Source of the DNA: Candidatus Latescibacterota bacterium
Lineage (GTDB): Bacteria > Latescibacterota > UBA2968 > UBA8231
Length of the DNA stretch: 64,000 nt
Direction of reading: 5' to 3'
Assembly: GCA_965197905.1 (NCBI GenBank)
Contig: CBDAOB010000004.1
Location: forward strand, 64,001 to 128,000
The position numbers and the translations under genes are program-made. Each line of letters opens with the position of its first letter. Positions within the stretch are counted from its first letter, which is position 1. This document shows positions 9,775 to 20,264 of this stretch, in pieces. The notes beneath the pieces were generated by a model that saw nothing but the letters and a program-made list of their open reading frames with translations, had not been told where the DNA came from and made no database searches.

Positions 9775-11958
9775 ATGAGTCCCAAACCCGTCTGGCTGAA
9801 CGACCCATCCGATCCTCCGTTTGTGTACGCCAGATGCTGTTTCCACCTCTCTGGATCGGTAACCGCGGCTCATCTTCGTTGTGCATCAACGGGAGAGTAC
9901 CTGTTGTACGTCAATGGGACAGAGAGCGCCCGGGGGCTTCGCAACACCCTCTCTCCGGACCCGGTCTGGCAGGAGGCTAAGATCGCAGAGAGCCTGGTTC
10001 CCGGCGACAACGAACTCTTGCTGCTGCTGGGAAACGGCGAGCGCGGCCAAACCTCCTGGTTTATGGCGGAGGGAACGGTTGTCACTGACGCTGGAAAACG
10101 GGTGGCGATCGGTCGGCGTTGGAAAATGCAACCTGCAGCCGCCTGGTCCAAATCTGACGTGCACCCAGGAATCCTGGTGTACGAGGCACAGCAAGACAGA
10201 GTGCCTGGCGGCCCCATCCAAATGGATGCTTCCGCCTGGTCCGACGCAGTGGTCGTGACCGCAAGCGGGCCACCTCGTGAATGGCACCCTCACAGGTTCG
10301 AGTTGAGCGAGGTGTTCGCGAGGACGATACACTGCGCTGGGGAGGTCCCGGCTAACAAGGCCTTGGATTTTGTCGAGCAACCGGACTCTTTCGAGCAGTG
10401 CAAGTTTGTGCAACGACAGGATTTGCTCAAACCTACAGGAGCGTTGACCCGCATCGCAACTGGTGATAGCGACAGAGCCGTTTTCCTGGTGCTCGACTTC
10501 GGTCGAGTTCTGCGGGGATACCCGCGGTTGCGAATGAGCGCCGAAACCGGGAATGTCATCGACCTGGGTTGGGCTCAAATAACCGACGGACTGTGCCGCT
10601 GGATCAGCTACCGGTGCACTTCGGAATATCGAGATTGGTGCAGCCCGATGCTGGCCCGATTCAGGTACCTGGTTCTACGCTTCAGCCATTGCAAAATGGC
10701 GATGTTTATCAACTGCATATCCGTCATGGAACGAAGACGCCCGCCGCTGCACGAAGGCCGCTTCGACTCCAGCGGAGTTGGGGTCGGGGTGTGGAACGTC
10801 GGCATTGCATCGCTGGAGGTGTCTCGGTCGGAGGTATACGAATTTGCCGACTCGGCTAGCGATGGGTCTGGCGTCTACGCCCATGCCCTGAACGACTTCT
10901 ATCAAACTGGGGATACCCGTACCGCTCGTGCAACGCTGGAATGCTCAGCCAAACCAACCAGCGAACGGCAGTTGGCCTGGCTGATTCTCGTTGCTCAGAT
11001 TCACGCTTGGTATTCGGGCGAGATCGACACAGCCCGGACATTCCTGTCCACCTTGGAGAAGCCGTTGCTCGAAGCAAGCGAGCGGCTGCTGGCGGCAAGT
11101 CACTCTGCAAAGGTCGAAGGGATGGATCCGACCAGCCTGGCGATGTTGGCCGCCGCCTGCAGAGCGGCCGCATCCATACACCGATGCACGGGATCCGCCG
11201 AACAGGGGGCGCATTGGTCGACACGCGTCGTTGCACTCCAGAAAATATTGGAGAGATTCTGGTCGGAAGAAGAAAACCTATACCGTTCCTTCCGTAACCC
11301 CGAAGACAATCAGTTGTTGAACGCTTTAATCCTTTTCTTTGATCTCGCCGACGATCTCAGAAAAGCGGCCCTGATCGTCGGGATGCGAGGTATCGACTCG
11401 AACGGAACCACCCCATTGCTGACCCGTTTTTTCGAGATCGGCGGATTTTTCGAGGCGGGTGCCATCGCGTCGGCGATGAGCGGTCTCGAGCAACACTGGT
11501 CCCGTCTCCAGGACCAAAACGGTGCGACTTGGGCCGAGAAAAGAAATGAGGATCCGGGCGCCTGTCCGGGGGCTGACTACTTTCTCGGTTCACGAATCCT
11601 GGGTATCGCGCCCAAATCCCCAGGTTACGAGATCATGTCGATCCGACCGGATGCGGTCGGTCTGGACTTCGCCGCCGGGTTGATCAACACGGTTCGGGGT
11701 CCCGTCGAAGTGGAATGGCGTCACCGGCGCGAGGTCCATCGGTTCGAACTAGACCTTCGGTTGGATTCGGATGGGGAGACCCACATTTGCCTGCCACGTG
11801 GTGAGCTTCGCTTCCCCACCGTGATTCTCAATGGAGAAACCGTCTGGCAGAACGAAAAGGTGCGCCCCAATACCCTCGTGCGCGAGCTGATTAGCGAACC
11901 GAACAGAATTACGTTGGTGTTGGCACAATCAGGTAGGTTCCAGGTCGAGCTGCAGTGA
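9775..11958 (+). CDS. Alpha-L-rhamnosidase (GH78)-like protein, divergent
   Basis: YLLYVNG, LDFGR, RFRYL, ILGIAPxxPGY, TVRGPVEVEW architecture; catalytic region degenerate. Confidence 0.75.
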   Translation: MSPKPVWLNDPSDPPFVYARCCFHLSGSVTAAHLRCASTGEYLLYVNGTESARGLRNTLSPDPVWQEAKIAESLVPGDNELLLLLGNGERGQTSWFMAEGTVVTDAGKRVAIGRRWKMQPAAAWSKSDVHPGILVYEAQQDRVPGGPIQMDASAWSDAVVVTASGPPREWHPHRFELSEVFARTIHCAGEVPANKALDFVEQPDSFEQCKFVQRQDLLKPTGALTRIATGDSDRAVFLVLDFGRVLRGYPRLRMSAETGNVIDLGWAQITDGLCRWISYRCTSEYRDWCSPMLARFRYLVLRFSHCKMAMFINCISVMERRRPPLHEGRFDSSGVGVGVWNVGIASLEVSRSEVYEFADSASDGSGVYAHALNDFYQTGDTRTARATLECSAKPTSERQLAWLILVAQIHAWYSGEIDTARTFLSTLEKPLLEASERLLAASHSAKVEGMDPTSLAMLAAACRAAASIHRCTGSAEQGAHWSTRVVALQKILERFWSEEENLYRSFRNPEDNQLLNALILFFDLADDLRKAALIVGMRGIDSNGTTPLLTRFFEIGGFFEAGAIASAMSGLEQHWSRLQDQNGATWAEKRNEDPGACPGADYFLGSRILGIAPKSPGYEIMSIRPDAVGLDFAAGLINTVRGPVEVEWRHRREVHRFELDLRLDSDGETHICLPRGELRFPTVILNGETVWQNEKVRPNTLVRELISEPNRITLVLAQSGRFQVELQ

Positions 11959-12004
11959 CGCCTAGATGTCGGCCTAGCTCTAGGAAAATGACCCGGGAGG
12001 AGGA

Positions 12005-12703
12005 ATGAACGAAAACCCGTCGGCTCTGCACTATATCGTGCGGGAACCGTCAGTGGAGAATGCGGCGAAGACACCTTTGCTCATGTTGCTACACGGGTAC
12101 GGCAGTAACGAGCAGGACTTTGATGGGGTTGGCTCCTTACCTCGACCCCAGGTGCCTGATCGTCAGCATCCGCGCGCCTCATGCCCTAGACTTCGGGGGA
12201 TACGGGTGGTTTCCGATCGAGATAACGGAGAAGGGGATCCGTTGCTGCACTTCGCCGAAGCGTTGGTTGCCTGCGAGAACGTTTCGAAGGTCGCAAAGAA
12301 AGTCGCTGGCGGAAGAACGCTCCACTGACCCGGCGTGTACCATCCTTGCTTGGCTTCAGTCAGGGTGCCAGCATCTCCGTAGCCGTCGCTCTGAAGGAAC
12401 CGAGTAAAGTTCGCCGCTGTGGCTGCTCTGAGTGGTCGGTGTGTACCGGAGATGATCCCAGCGGACAAAGACGCGGTCCAAGGATTGCCCATCTTGATGA
12501 CTCACGGAGAGTTCGATCAAGTCATTCCCATCGCTCAGGGTAGGGAAGGGCACGAACTGATAAAGCAACTGCCCGTGGATCTGACCTACACCGAATATCC
12601 AATGGGACACGAAATCAATCAGGCGTGTCTGGAGGATGTGCGGCGCTGGCTCTCCGACCGGATCGACCAGTCTCAGCAATCCGCTACCGAACCGTCATCG
12701 TGA
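12005..12703 (+). pseudogene. Phospholipase/carboxylesterase broken by several frameshifts (possibly sequencing errors)
   Basis: LLHGYGSNEQD, SIRAP..GYGWF, GFSQG, HGEFDQVIP, YPMGHEI motifs spread across different frames. Confidence 0.8.
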
Positions 12704-13821
12704 AAGACGACATAGGTTTTGGATTTGCCTGCATAGTCTGGCTTTCTGCGGGCACACGCGGACTCGTCCACCTCGACGCCGATACCCGGCTTTTCGGGGG
12801 GTAGGATATGGCCGTCTATGACCGGGAGAGGATCGACTACCAGCTCCTGTGCTTCGGGCGTTGTCGCCGGGTCCAGCATCTCCTGGATGACGAAATTGGG
12901 TGACGTCAAATCCACCTGTACACAAGCGGCTGTGGCCAGTGGACCGTAGGGATTGTGCGGCGCGATGCCGGCATAATAAACTTCGGCCATGGCGGCGATG
13001 CGGCGCATTTCGCTGATGCCTCCCGCGTGGCAGGTATCCGCCTGCAACAGGCTGGCCGCCTGACTCTCGAGGATCTCTCGGAATCCCCACCTCGTAAACA
13101 ACCGTTCGCCGGTGGCAACGGGGATGGAAACGGCCCGTGCCACGGGCGCCATGGCTTGCGGATTTTCCGCCTGACAGGGCTCTTCTATGAAAAGCGGCTT
13201 GTACGGCTCGAATACCTTGCCGTATTGAATAGCCATCTGGGGCGTCGGCCGACCGTGGAGATCCAACAGGATATCGACCTCATCACCAACCGCCTCCCGC
13301 GTCGCCCGTAGGTTCGCCTCCGCTTCTGCCAGTACCAAAGGTCCATCAACCGGCAACGTCAGCGGGATCGGCACCGTCTTGATGGCGGTCCAACCCGCTT
13401 CCTTTTTGGACAGGGCGTCCGCTGCCAACTGCTGCGGCGAATTGCCGTGAAAGTGGGTGTACACCCGCACCTTGTCACGCACGCGGCCACCGAGCAGTTC
13501 GTGGACTGGCCGACCCAACTCTTTTCCTTTGATATCCCACAGCGCTTGGTCGATACCTGACAAGGCGGACAATCCGATGACTCCGAGGCGCCAAAAGCCG
13601 CCGCGATACATCAGTTGCCAGCAATGCTCTACCCGGCGGGGATCTTCGTCCAGAATGAGCGGTTCCAGGTCCTCGATGCAACCGGCCACCGATCTTGGCT
13701 TCGCTTCGAGGGTTGCTTCTCCCCAGCCAACGAGACCGGGTTGGTCGGTTTCGACCTTGGCAAAAACAATGATGCGGTGACCCCCGTCGGCGACGATCGG
13801 CTTAACGCCGGTGATTTTCAT
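12673..13821 (-). CDS. dgoD: Galactonate dehydratase-like enolase-superfamily enzyme
   Basis: GWGEATLE, SGIDQALWDIKGK, DLHGR, EEP, ATGER, APHNPYGP, HDDGSVAD. Confidence 0.85.
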   Translation of the reverse strand: MKITGVKPIVADGGHRIIVFAKVETDQPGLVGWGEATLEAKPRSVAGCIEDLEPLILDEDPRRVEHCWQLMYRGGFWRLGVIGLSALSGIDQALWDIKGKELGRPVHELLGGRVRDKVRVYTHFHGNSPQQLAADALSKKEAGWTAIKTVPIPLTLPVDGPLVLAEAEANLRATREAVGDEVDILLDLHGRPTPQMAIQYGKVFEPYKPLFIEEPCQAENPQAMAPVARAVSIPVATGERLFTRWGFREILESQAASLLQADTCHAGGISEMRRIAAMAEVYYAGIAPHNPYGPLATAACVQVDLTSPNFVIQEMLDPATTPEAQELVVDPLPVIDGHILPPEKPGIGVEVDESACARRKPDYAGKSKTYVVFHDDGSVADC

Positions 13822-13885
13822 GGTACGACCCCTTCGTAGTTTTTCTTGGAATGCACAGACCGCGGTCGCTCACTGCGCCCTGCCC

Positions 13886-14956
13886 CTACGCCAGCATGTC
13901 GAGATAATAGTCGGCGGCGACGGACGCTCCGTCTTTCCTGGGTGGCTCTGATCTGTCCATGGTGATCACGGCTTGAAATTTTTCCAGCCACACTTCGCTT
14001 TCTAGATCCACGGTTTTCAATGGCGCGCTTGGAACAAGACGTAGGGTATGCTCGCCGAGCGCGTCGTCTTCGGGGTATCCGTCCCGTGCAAAAAATAGAA
14101 AGGGCACCTGGAAGGCGTGTGCTTCGGCGCACGTGCAATAGCCCAGCTTGCCGATCAAACCGTCCAGGGCACTGAAAATCTCGGAAGTATTGAAACGCGG
14201 GTCGATCCTGCGAAAGCGGGGATGGTCGGTTTTAAACGCGGCGTAACTGACCAAATGCCAGTCCGGCAATGCTTGCAGCAGGATGTCGAAGTCTGGCATG
14301 GTTCCCGGATGGCCTCCGACATTCCACATGAGAACCCGGGCGTCGGGCGGAAGACCCATCTCCTGCCGGATAAGGTTCGGGTCTCGGCCGGAGCGACCGA
14401 CCATCAACGGAATGTCCTTGAGGTCGGAAAACGTCTCCTCCAAACCCACGGCGAACGGCAGGCGCAACACGAGGACGCTCTTTTGGTACCAGTCGCGTGC
14501 CTCCAACGCCATCGGCCTGAGCTCCGGGTGGGGGCCGGACAACCTCAGGTAGAGCCAGTGCCAGTCGAAGTTGGCGTTGACGACGCCGGGTATCTCAGCT
14601 CGCTCGGCGATCTCTAAACCCAGCGGGGCGGTTTCGGAAACCACGAGGGAAGCGCCAAGATCTCGCAGGAAGGCGACCTCTCTGGAGATCAAATCGTCCA
14701 GATTGCGGTAGAGCTGCCGATGGCGGCTTACGGTTCCGGGAACATCGAGGTTGAGCCAGTCCGACTGCCGCAATCCCGGATCAATCTGACGTCGATGTAG
14801 AACAAAGGAATCGGCGGGCAGCCGGCTGAAAAGCCAGTCCGGACGATCGCAGACGAAATGACAAAACGCACCTCTGCGAATCAGCTCTTCCGCGAGAAAG
14901 ATGGCTCGCATTGCGTGACCGAATCCGTGGTCGCTGGTGTAGAAAACGATCTCCAA
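13886..14956 (-). CDS. GT-B glycosyltransferase-like protein (similar to the L-arabinokinase N-terminal domain)
   Basis: SDHGFGHAMR, NFDW, GKLGYCTCAE; TTG start with GAAGGAG SD. Confidence 0.75.
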   Translation of the reverse strand: MEIVFYTSDHGFGHAMRAIFLAEELIRRGAFCHFVCDRPDWLFSRLPADSFVLHRRQIDPGLRQSDWLNLDVPGTVSRHRQLYRNLDDLISREVAFLRDLGASLVVSETAPLGLEIAERAEIPGVVNANFDWHWLYLRLSGPHPELRPMALEARDWYQKSVLVLRLPFAVGLEETFSDLKDIPLMVGRSGRDPNLIRQEMGLPPDARVLMWNVGGHPGTMPDFDILLQALPDWHLVSYAAFKTDHPRFRRIDPRFNTSEIFSALDGLIGKLGYCTCAEAHAFQVPFLFFARDGYPEDDALGEHTLRLVPSAPLKTVDLESEVWLEKFQAVITMDRSEPPRKDGASVAADYYLDMLA

Positions 14957-15022
14957 ACGGCTCCTTCGGCAAAAGTGGTGACACAACAGATAAAGGGAAA
15001 GACTCTGTAGCCTCAGGCGGTA

Positions 15023-16039
15023 TTACTCGCTCCAACCAGCGGATTCTTCACGTGTGATCTCGGCCATGGCGTCGAGCCAGGAGGGGTGTTCGTTGAGGCA
15101 AGGGCTCAAGTGCAGCTGTTTCCCTCCGCCCTCGGCAAACAAGCGAGTGCCTTCATTGCCGATCTCATCCAATGTCTCCAAGCAATCGGCGGTGAAGCCA
15201 GGGCAGGCGGCGACCAGAAGTTCCAACCCCTGCTTTCCCAATTCGCCTAGGATATCCTCCGTATATGGTTGCAGCCACGGCTCCTTTCCGAACCGAGACT
15301 GGAAGCCGAGCACCCATTCGCTATCTCCGAGCCCCAGGGTCTGAGCCAACAAATTAGCGGTGGTCTCGCATTGCTCACGATACGGATCTCCTTCCTGGAC
15401 GTATCGATTCGGGATACCATGGAAGGTCAGCAGGACGCGGTCTGGCTTGGAGCTTAGCCCCGACAGCTCCTGCTGCAACACGCTCTTTAGTGCTCCGATG
15501 TAGGCCGGATGCCCAAAATAGGGAGGGACGAAACGAAGGGTCGGCATCACCCGTCGTCGTTCGAAGAACAGGAAACATCGCCGCCCCATCGCGGCTCGCG
15601 TGACGGCGTCGTAGATAGACCCGGTCGTGCTGGCAGAAAACTGGGGAAACATCGGAAACACCAGAATGCGATCGATGCCCTCCTGCATCAGGCCTGCCAT
15701 GGCGGAGTCGATGGAAGGCTCGCCGTAGCGCATTCCCAACACTACCTTGAACCGATCGCTCAAACGCGCCTGCAACCCCTCTACCTGTGCCCGGGAGTGA
15801 ATCAGGAGGGGGGATCCATCTGCGGTCCAGATGCGACGATAGAGCCGAGCGGAGCGTGCGGGTCGCCTGGTCAGCACGAACAGGTACAAGATGGGAAGCC
15901 ATTTCCATCGCGGCAGATCAATAACCCGTGGGTCCGAAAGAAACTGTTTTAGGTACCGTCTCAACGCCGCTGAAGTCGGTGCTGCAGGAGTTCCTAGCTG
16001 CGCAATGAGAACGCCGATTCTGCTCTGGGATTCACCCAC
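15023..16039 (-). CDS. hemH: Ferrochelatase
   Basis: LGTP, FLSDPRVI, GMRYGEP, FHGIP, FQSRFG, WLQPYT, DCLETLDEI. Confidence 0.97.
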   Translation of the reverse strand: MGESQSRIGVLIAQLGTPAAPTSAALRRYLKQFLSDPRVIDLPRWKWLPILYLFVLTRRPARSARLYRRIWTADGSPLLIHSRAQVEGLQARLSDRFKVVLGMRYGEPSIDSAMAGLMQEGIDRILVFPMFPQFSASTTGSIYDAVTRAAMGRRCFLFFERRRVMPTLRFVPPYFGHPAYIGALKSVLQQELSGLSSKPDRVLLTFHGIPNRYVQEGDPYREQCETTANLLAQTLGLGDSEWVLGFQSRFGKEPWLQPYTEDILGELGKQGLELLVAACPGFTADCLETLDEIGNEGTRLFAEGGGKQLHLSPCLNEHPSWLDAMAEITREESAGWSE

Positions 16040-16175
16040 GAAGGTAGCTTCTTATAACCCTGGTGACAGGAATGCTAAATAGCCGTGCGCCTGCCCAATG
16101 CCCTGATTTTGTCGAGATTCTCGATTGCATTTTAATATATGGGAAGGTCAACTACGAGCCAGCGAGCGAGACGGC

Positions 16176-16922
16176 ATGAGAGATCTATCAACAACCTTCG
16201 CCAAAGACCGGCCCGGACACATCGTCTTGATGCTCATCGCTCTTATTTCCACAAATGCTAGCGCCTTCGGAGCGGAAGACGGGCCACTCCTGCGGCGCGA
16301 CCTGATGAACCTGACGCACCCGCAAAATCTCGTTATCTCGACATTGGGATTAGGTGTTGCCGGAATCGCGCACAGGTGGGATGACGATCTTGCCGGTGAG
16401 GTCGGCGACATCAGGGTATTACATGAGGTGTTGGACCTGGGGAACCTGTACGGCTCAAGCACTCTCAGCCTGACGTTTACCGCCGGAATGTGGGGGTTGG
16501 CAAAAATCACAGGTGTTTCCAGGGGGGAGGCTATTTTCTCGGATCTGGTCCGTGCCATTCTGTTGGCAAACGTAGTGGTAACACCGATCAAGTTCCTCGC
16601 TCAGCGCGAGCGACCCGACGGCAGCAACAGGCTCTCTTTTCCTTCTGGACATTCTGCGAACGCCTTCGCCATGACAACGGTGCTGGCGCGGCGATACGGT
16701 CCGAAGCTAGCGATGCCCCTCTACGCTCTTACCGCTGTGGTTCCAGCGGCCCGAATCGATCGCAACCGCCATTTCTTTTCCGATGTGGTTGCCGGTTCGA
16801 TTCTCGGAGTAGTGGCGGGATACGCGGTTACCCTGCGGACCTCGGATGACGAAACGCCGCTCATGATCCGACCCTCATACGGCGGTAGGTCGCTGTCGGT
16901 CGAAGCATCGTTGCGTTATTGA
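16176..16922 (+). CDS. PAP2-family phosphatase
   Basis: K....RERP, SFPSGH, ARI....HFFSDV. Confidence 0.9.
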   Translation: MRDLSTTFAKDRPGHIVLMLIALISTNASAFGAEDGPLLRRDLMNLTHPQNLVISTLGLGVAGIAHRWDDDLAGEVGDIRVLHEVLDLGNLYGSSTLSLTFTAGMWGLAKITGVSRGEAIFSDLVRAILLANVVVTPIKFLAQRERPDGSNRLSFPSGHSANAFAMTTVLARRYGPKLAMPLYALTAVVPAARIDRNRHFFSDVVAGSILGVVAGYAVTLRTSDDETPLMIRPSYGGRSLSVEASLRY

Positions 16923-16947
16923 CATTCGACGGCCCTCCGGGTAGATT
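16919..16947 (+). promoter_or_regulatory. Sigma70-type promoter of the copper-efflux operon
   Basis: TTGACA-N17-TAGATT. Confidence 0.65.
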
Positions 16948-16984
16948 GCAAATGAGAGCCGACGCATTCGAAACACTGAACATC

Positions 16985-17374
16985 ATGCGAAAATCACTCT
17001 GCGGTACCTCCATCCTTGCCCTTGTACTGGTGGTCGCCATCCAGGCCCCTGGTCTGTACTCTGTCTGCGTTATGTGCAACGACGCGCCGGCGGAGGTGAT
17101 GCGCTGCCACGCCGAGTCCGCATTGCCTTCGGGGGAGAAGGTCGTTCTCCATGCTTCCTGTTGTTGCGAAATAGGTGCCGTGCCAGAGCAGACCGCTGCA
17201 CTGGACCTGCTTGCCGAGCTACCAACCGCTCAGAGCAACCATCTATGGCATGCAGCTGTTTCGCTTCGTCTGGCTTCTCGTGAGACTCCGAGCACGGAAA
17301 AACGACGGCCGGACTCGTCGTTTCGTTATACGAACACCCCTCTTTTTGTGCTGAATAGCTCCTTTCTTATCTGA
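16985..17374 (+). CDS. Small Cys-rich exported/leader protein preceding cusCBA
   Basis: Hydrophobic N-terminus, CVMC, CH, SCCC, C-terminal PLFVLNSSFLI. Confidence 0.7.
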   Translation: MRKSLCGTSILALVLVVAIQAPGLYSVCVMCNDAPAEVMRCHAESALPSGEKVVLHASCCCEIGAVPEQTAALDLLAELPTAQSNHLWHAAVSLRLASRETPSTEKRRPDSSFRYTNTPLFVLNSSFLI

Positions 17375-17543
17375 TTACACCCCTCTGATCCGCCCCTAGT
17401 AACTCGCTGGGCAGCAGTCTGCTCGGGTACGTCCGTCTTAACCGCGGCGGGATGCCCGCTAGAAGACCGCGGTCTTACACGCGCACTTCCGGCCCCGTGC
17501 CGTCCACGCCGCCGGTTGTTGCCAAGATCATTTGGAGATCGAC

Positions 17544-18800
17544 ATGAAGGCTGCAGTGTATCCGCTGTTGCTGATGATGGCTGCAGAAACGCTAGCGTCG
17601 GGGCCAGCGATGGACATGGATCGATTGATCGACGAGGCGCTCACCAACAACCGGGGGCTGCAGGCGCTGCGCTACGAAACCGAGGCGCAGGCGGCCCGGA
17701 TTCCGCCGGCGAGGGCACTTTCCGATCCAATCTTCAAGATCGAGCTAAGCAACGTGCCATTCAGCAACCTCGATTTCGAGAGCACCCCCATGAGCGGCAA
17801 GCAATTCATGCTGAGTCAACGGATTCCGTATTGGGGTAAACGAGCAACCCGAGCCGCGATCGAGGACCATGCTACGAAGGCGTCGCAGGCGGCCTTTGAA
17901 GATCACTCCGCAATCATTACTAACGAGGTCAAACAAACTTATTACGATCTCGCATTTCTCGACAGGGCGATCGCCATCACACAGAAGAATCGCAACCTGC
18001 TGAAAGATTTCGTCCGCATTGCCCAGGCCAAATACTCCGTCGGGACTGGGTTGCAGCAAGACGTGCTGAAAGCCCAGGTATCCCTGTCCGAGCTGCGGGA
18101 TCGACTGATTGTCCTGAGGCAAGAACGGCGACGCACGGAAGCCCGATTGAACGCCGTGCTCAACCGGATGACGCAGGCCCCTGTAGGCAGGCCGGAGATC
18201 GTCAAACAAACGCCGTATCCATATGACCTCGCTGAACTGCAGCAGATGGCGGTCGCGGGGTCGTCGCACCTACGAGGTCTGGAGCAGACGACCCGAAAGT
18301 GGCAAACCGCAGAACGCCTCGCGCGGCTGTCGCATCGACCCGACTTCAACCTGAATCTGGGATATCGCCAGCGGGACTTTACCGCCGATCCGGTAGAAGG
18401 AAGCGATTTTCTCACCGTCGGCGTCGCGATCAATCTTCCAATATATCGAGGGGGCAAGCAAGACCAGCAGGTCCGCGAGGCGCTTGCAACACGCAAGGCA
18501 TCCGAAGCTCGATACGACGCCGCCAAACGGCAGGTTTTCCTACGAATCGAACAGGCGCATATCGATATCCAAACCCACCGCGAGGAATCAGTCCTATACG
18601 AATCGTCGATCCTGCCTCAGGCGGAGCAAGCTCTTGCCGTCTCTGTCGCGGCGTACCAGGTGGGTAAGGTCGACTTCATGACCCTGCTCAACAGTCAGGT
18701 AACACTATTGAATTTCGAAATCAAACAGTACCACCATCTGACCGAAGGTGAGAAAGCACTGGCACGGATGGAGGTTGCGGTGGGCAAGCGCCTTTTCTGA
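17544..18800 (+). CDS. TolC-family outer-membrane factor of heavy-metal efflux (CusC-like)
   Basis: LSDP, SQRIPYWGK, GLQQDVLKAQ, YQVGKVDF motifs; position in the operon. Confidence 0.92.
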   Translation: MKAAVYPLLLMMAAETLASGPAMDMDRLIDEALTNNRGLQALRYETEAQAARIPPARALSDPIFKIELSNVPFSNLDFESTPMSGKQFMLSQRIPYWGKRATRAAIEDHATKASQAAFEDHSAIITNEVKQTYYDLAFLDRAIAITQKNRNLLKDFVRIAQAKYSVGTGLQQDVLKAQVSLSELRDRLIVLRQERRRTEARLNAVLNRMTQAPVGRPEIVKQTPYPYDLAELQQMAVAGSSHLRGLEQTTRKWQTAERLARLSHRPDFNLNLGYRQRDFTADPVEGSDFLTVGVAINLPIYRGGKQDQQVREALATRKASEARYDAAKRQVFLRIEQAHIDIQTHREESVLYESSILPQAEQALAVSVAAYQVGKVDFMTLLNSQVTLLNFEIKQYHHLTEGEKALARMEVAVGKRLF

Positions 18801-18827
18801 CGCACAACAAAACGAGAGGGGTCCGCA

Positions 18828-20255
18828 ATGTACAAATCAGCCGCACTGACACTGATAATGCTCGCGGTGGGCACTCTTCTGGGCATCTGGCTAGCAGACA
18901 GCCAAGCACCGGAAGCTGCTGAGGAAGCCAACACGTTTCGCTGCCCCATGCATCCTACCGTGGTTTCCGATCGGCCCGGATCCTGTCCCGTCTGCGGCAT
19001 GGATCTCGTCGCGGATCAACCGGCTGGTAACCTGACGCCCATGGGCGAACGCAAAATCGCCCATTGGCGGGCACCCATGGACCCGAGCTATACCTCGGAA
19101 TCGCCAGGAAAGTCACCCATGGGGATGGATCTCATCCCGGTTTACGAAGATGAGCCTGAGATCAGAGGAATGGTTCAGATCGATCCGGTAACCGTGCAGA
19201 ATATGGGTGTCAAGACTTACTCCGCCGAGCGAAAGTTACTCACTCGAGAGATTCGAACCGTGGGCAGGGTGGACTACGACGAGACCCGGATGACAGACGT
19301 GAATACGAAGGTGGATGGCTGGGTCGAGCGCCTCTTTGTGGACCATACGGGCCAGTCGCTCAAGAAGGGTCAACCGCTCCTGGAGATATACAGCCCCGAG
19401 CTCGTAGCTGCCCAGGAAGAGTACCTCATCGCGTACGACTATCAACAGCGATTGGCGCGCAACCCCGACGACGAAGTGGTGCAAGGAGCCGAGGATCTGC
19501 TAACGGCGGCGGCCCAGAGACTGCACTATTGGGACATCACCGACCGGCAGATTACGGATCTGAGGCTAACCCGTGCAGCGAATCGAACCATGATCCTCTA
19601 CTCTCCCCAGCAGGGGATCGTGGTGCACAAAGCGGTTTTCGACGGCGCGTATATCAAATCGGGCCAACACCTGTATCGCATCGGAGATCTTTCGAAGGTC
19701 TGGGTATATGCCGACGTATACGAATACGAGTTTCCCTGGTTGCGCGTGGGCCAAGAAGCTGAAGTGGAGCTCTCCTACCTCCCCGGGCGGACATTCTACG
19801 GGAAGGTCACCCATGTGCATCCCTTCCTTGATTCTAAGACCCGTACGGTAAAGGTGCGGATAAGTTTTCCAAATCCGAATCTCGAGCTCAAGCCGGAGAT
19901 GTACGCCAATGTGCGTATAAAATCGATGGTGTCGCGGAAGGCGCTTGTAGTTCCGGCACAGGCAGTGATCCGCTCCGGCGAAAGGAATGTGCTGATCGTT
20001 GCCCTCGGCGAAGGCAGGTTTCAGCCACGGGATGTGAAGCTGGGTGTCGAAGCGGATGGGTTTCTGCAGATTCTCGATGGCCTGTCTGCTGGTGAGCAGG
20101 TCGTTTCTTCGGGACAGTTCTTGATCGACTCCGAAAGCAATCTGAAAGCGGCAATCAGTAGTCTTGGTGATGGCCGGGACCGCGAAGGTGCGCGGCCGGC
20201 CGTCGGCAACGGCGACCAGGTGGAGCGCGAATACGCCGAAGACGGGTCTCGTTAG
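18828..20255 (+). CDS. cusB: CusB-type periplasmic adaptor with N-terminal metal-binding domains
   Basis: CPMHP..CPVCGMDL, APMDP..PGKSPMGMDL, YSPEL..AQEEYL, LKPEMY, QFLIDSES. Confidence 0.93.
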   Translation: MYKSAALTLIMLAVGTLLGIWLADSQAPEAAEEANTFRCPMHPTVVSDRPGSCPVCGMDLVADQPAGNLTPMGERKIAHWRAPMDPSYTSESPGKSPMGMDLIPVYEDEPEIRGMVQIDPVTVQNMGVKTYSAERKLLTREIRTVGRVDYDETRMTDVNTKVDGWVERLFVDHTGQSLKKGQPLLEIYSPELVAAQEEYLIAYDYQQRLARNPDDEVVQGAEDLLTAAAQRLHYWDITDRQITDLRLTRAANRTMILYSPQQGIVVHKAVFDGAYIKSGQHLYRIGDLSKVWVYADVYEYEFPWLRVGQEAEVELSYLPGRTFYGKVTHVHPFLDSKTRTVKVRISFPNPNLELKPEMYANVRIKSMVSRKALVVPAQAVIRSGERNVLIVALGEGRFQPRDVKLGVEADGFLQILDGLSAGEQVVSSGQFLIDSESNLKAAISSLGDGRDREGARPAVGNGDQVEREYAEDGSR

Positions 20256-20264
20256 GAGGATCAG

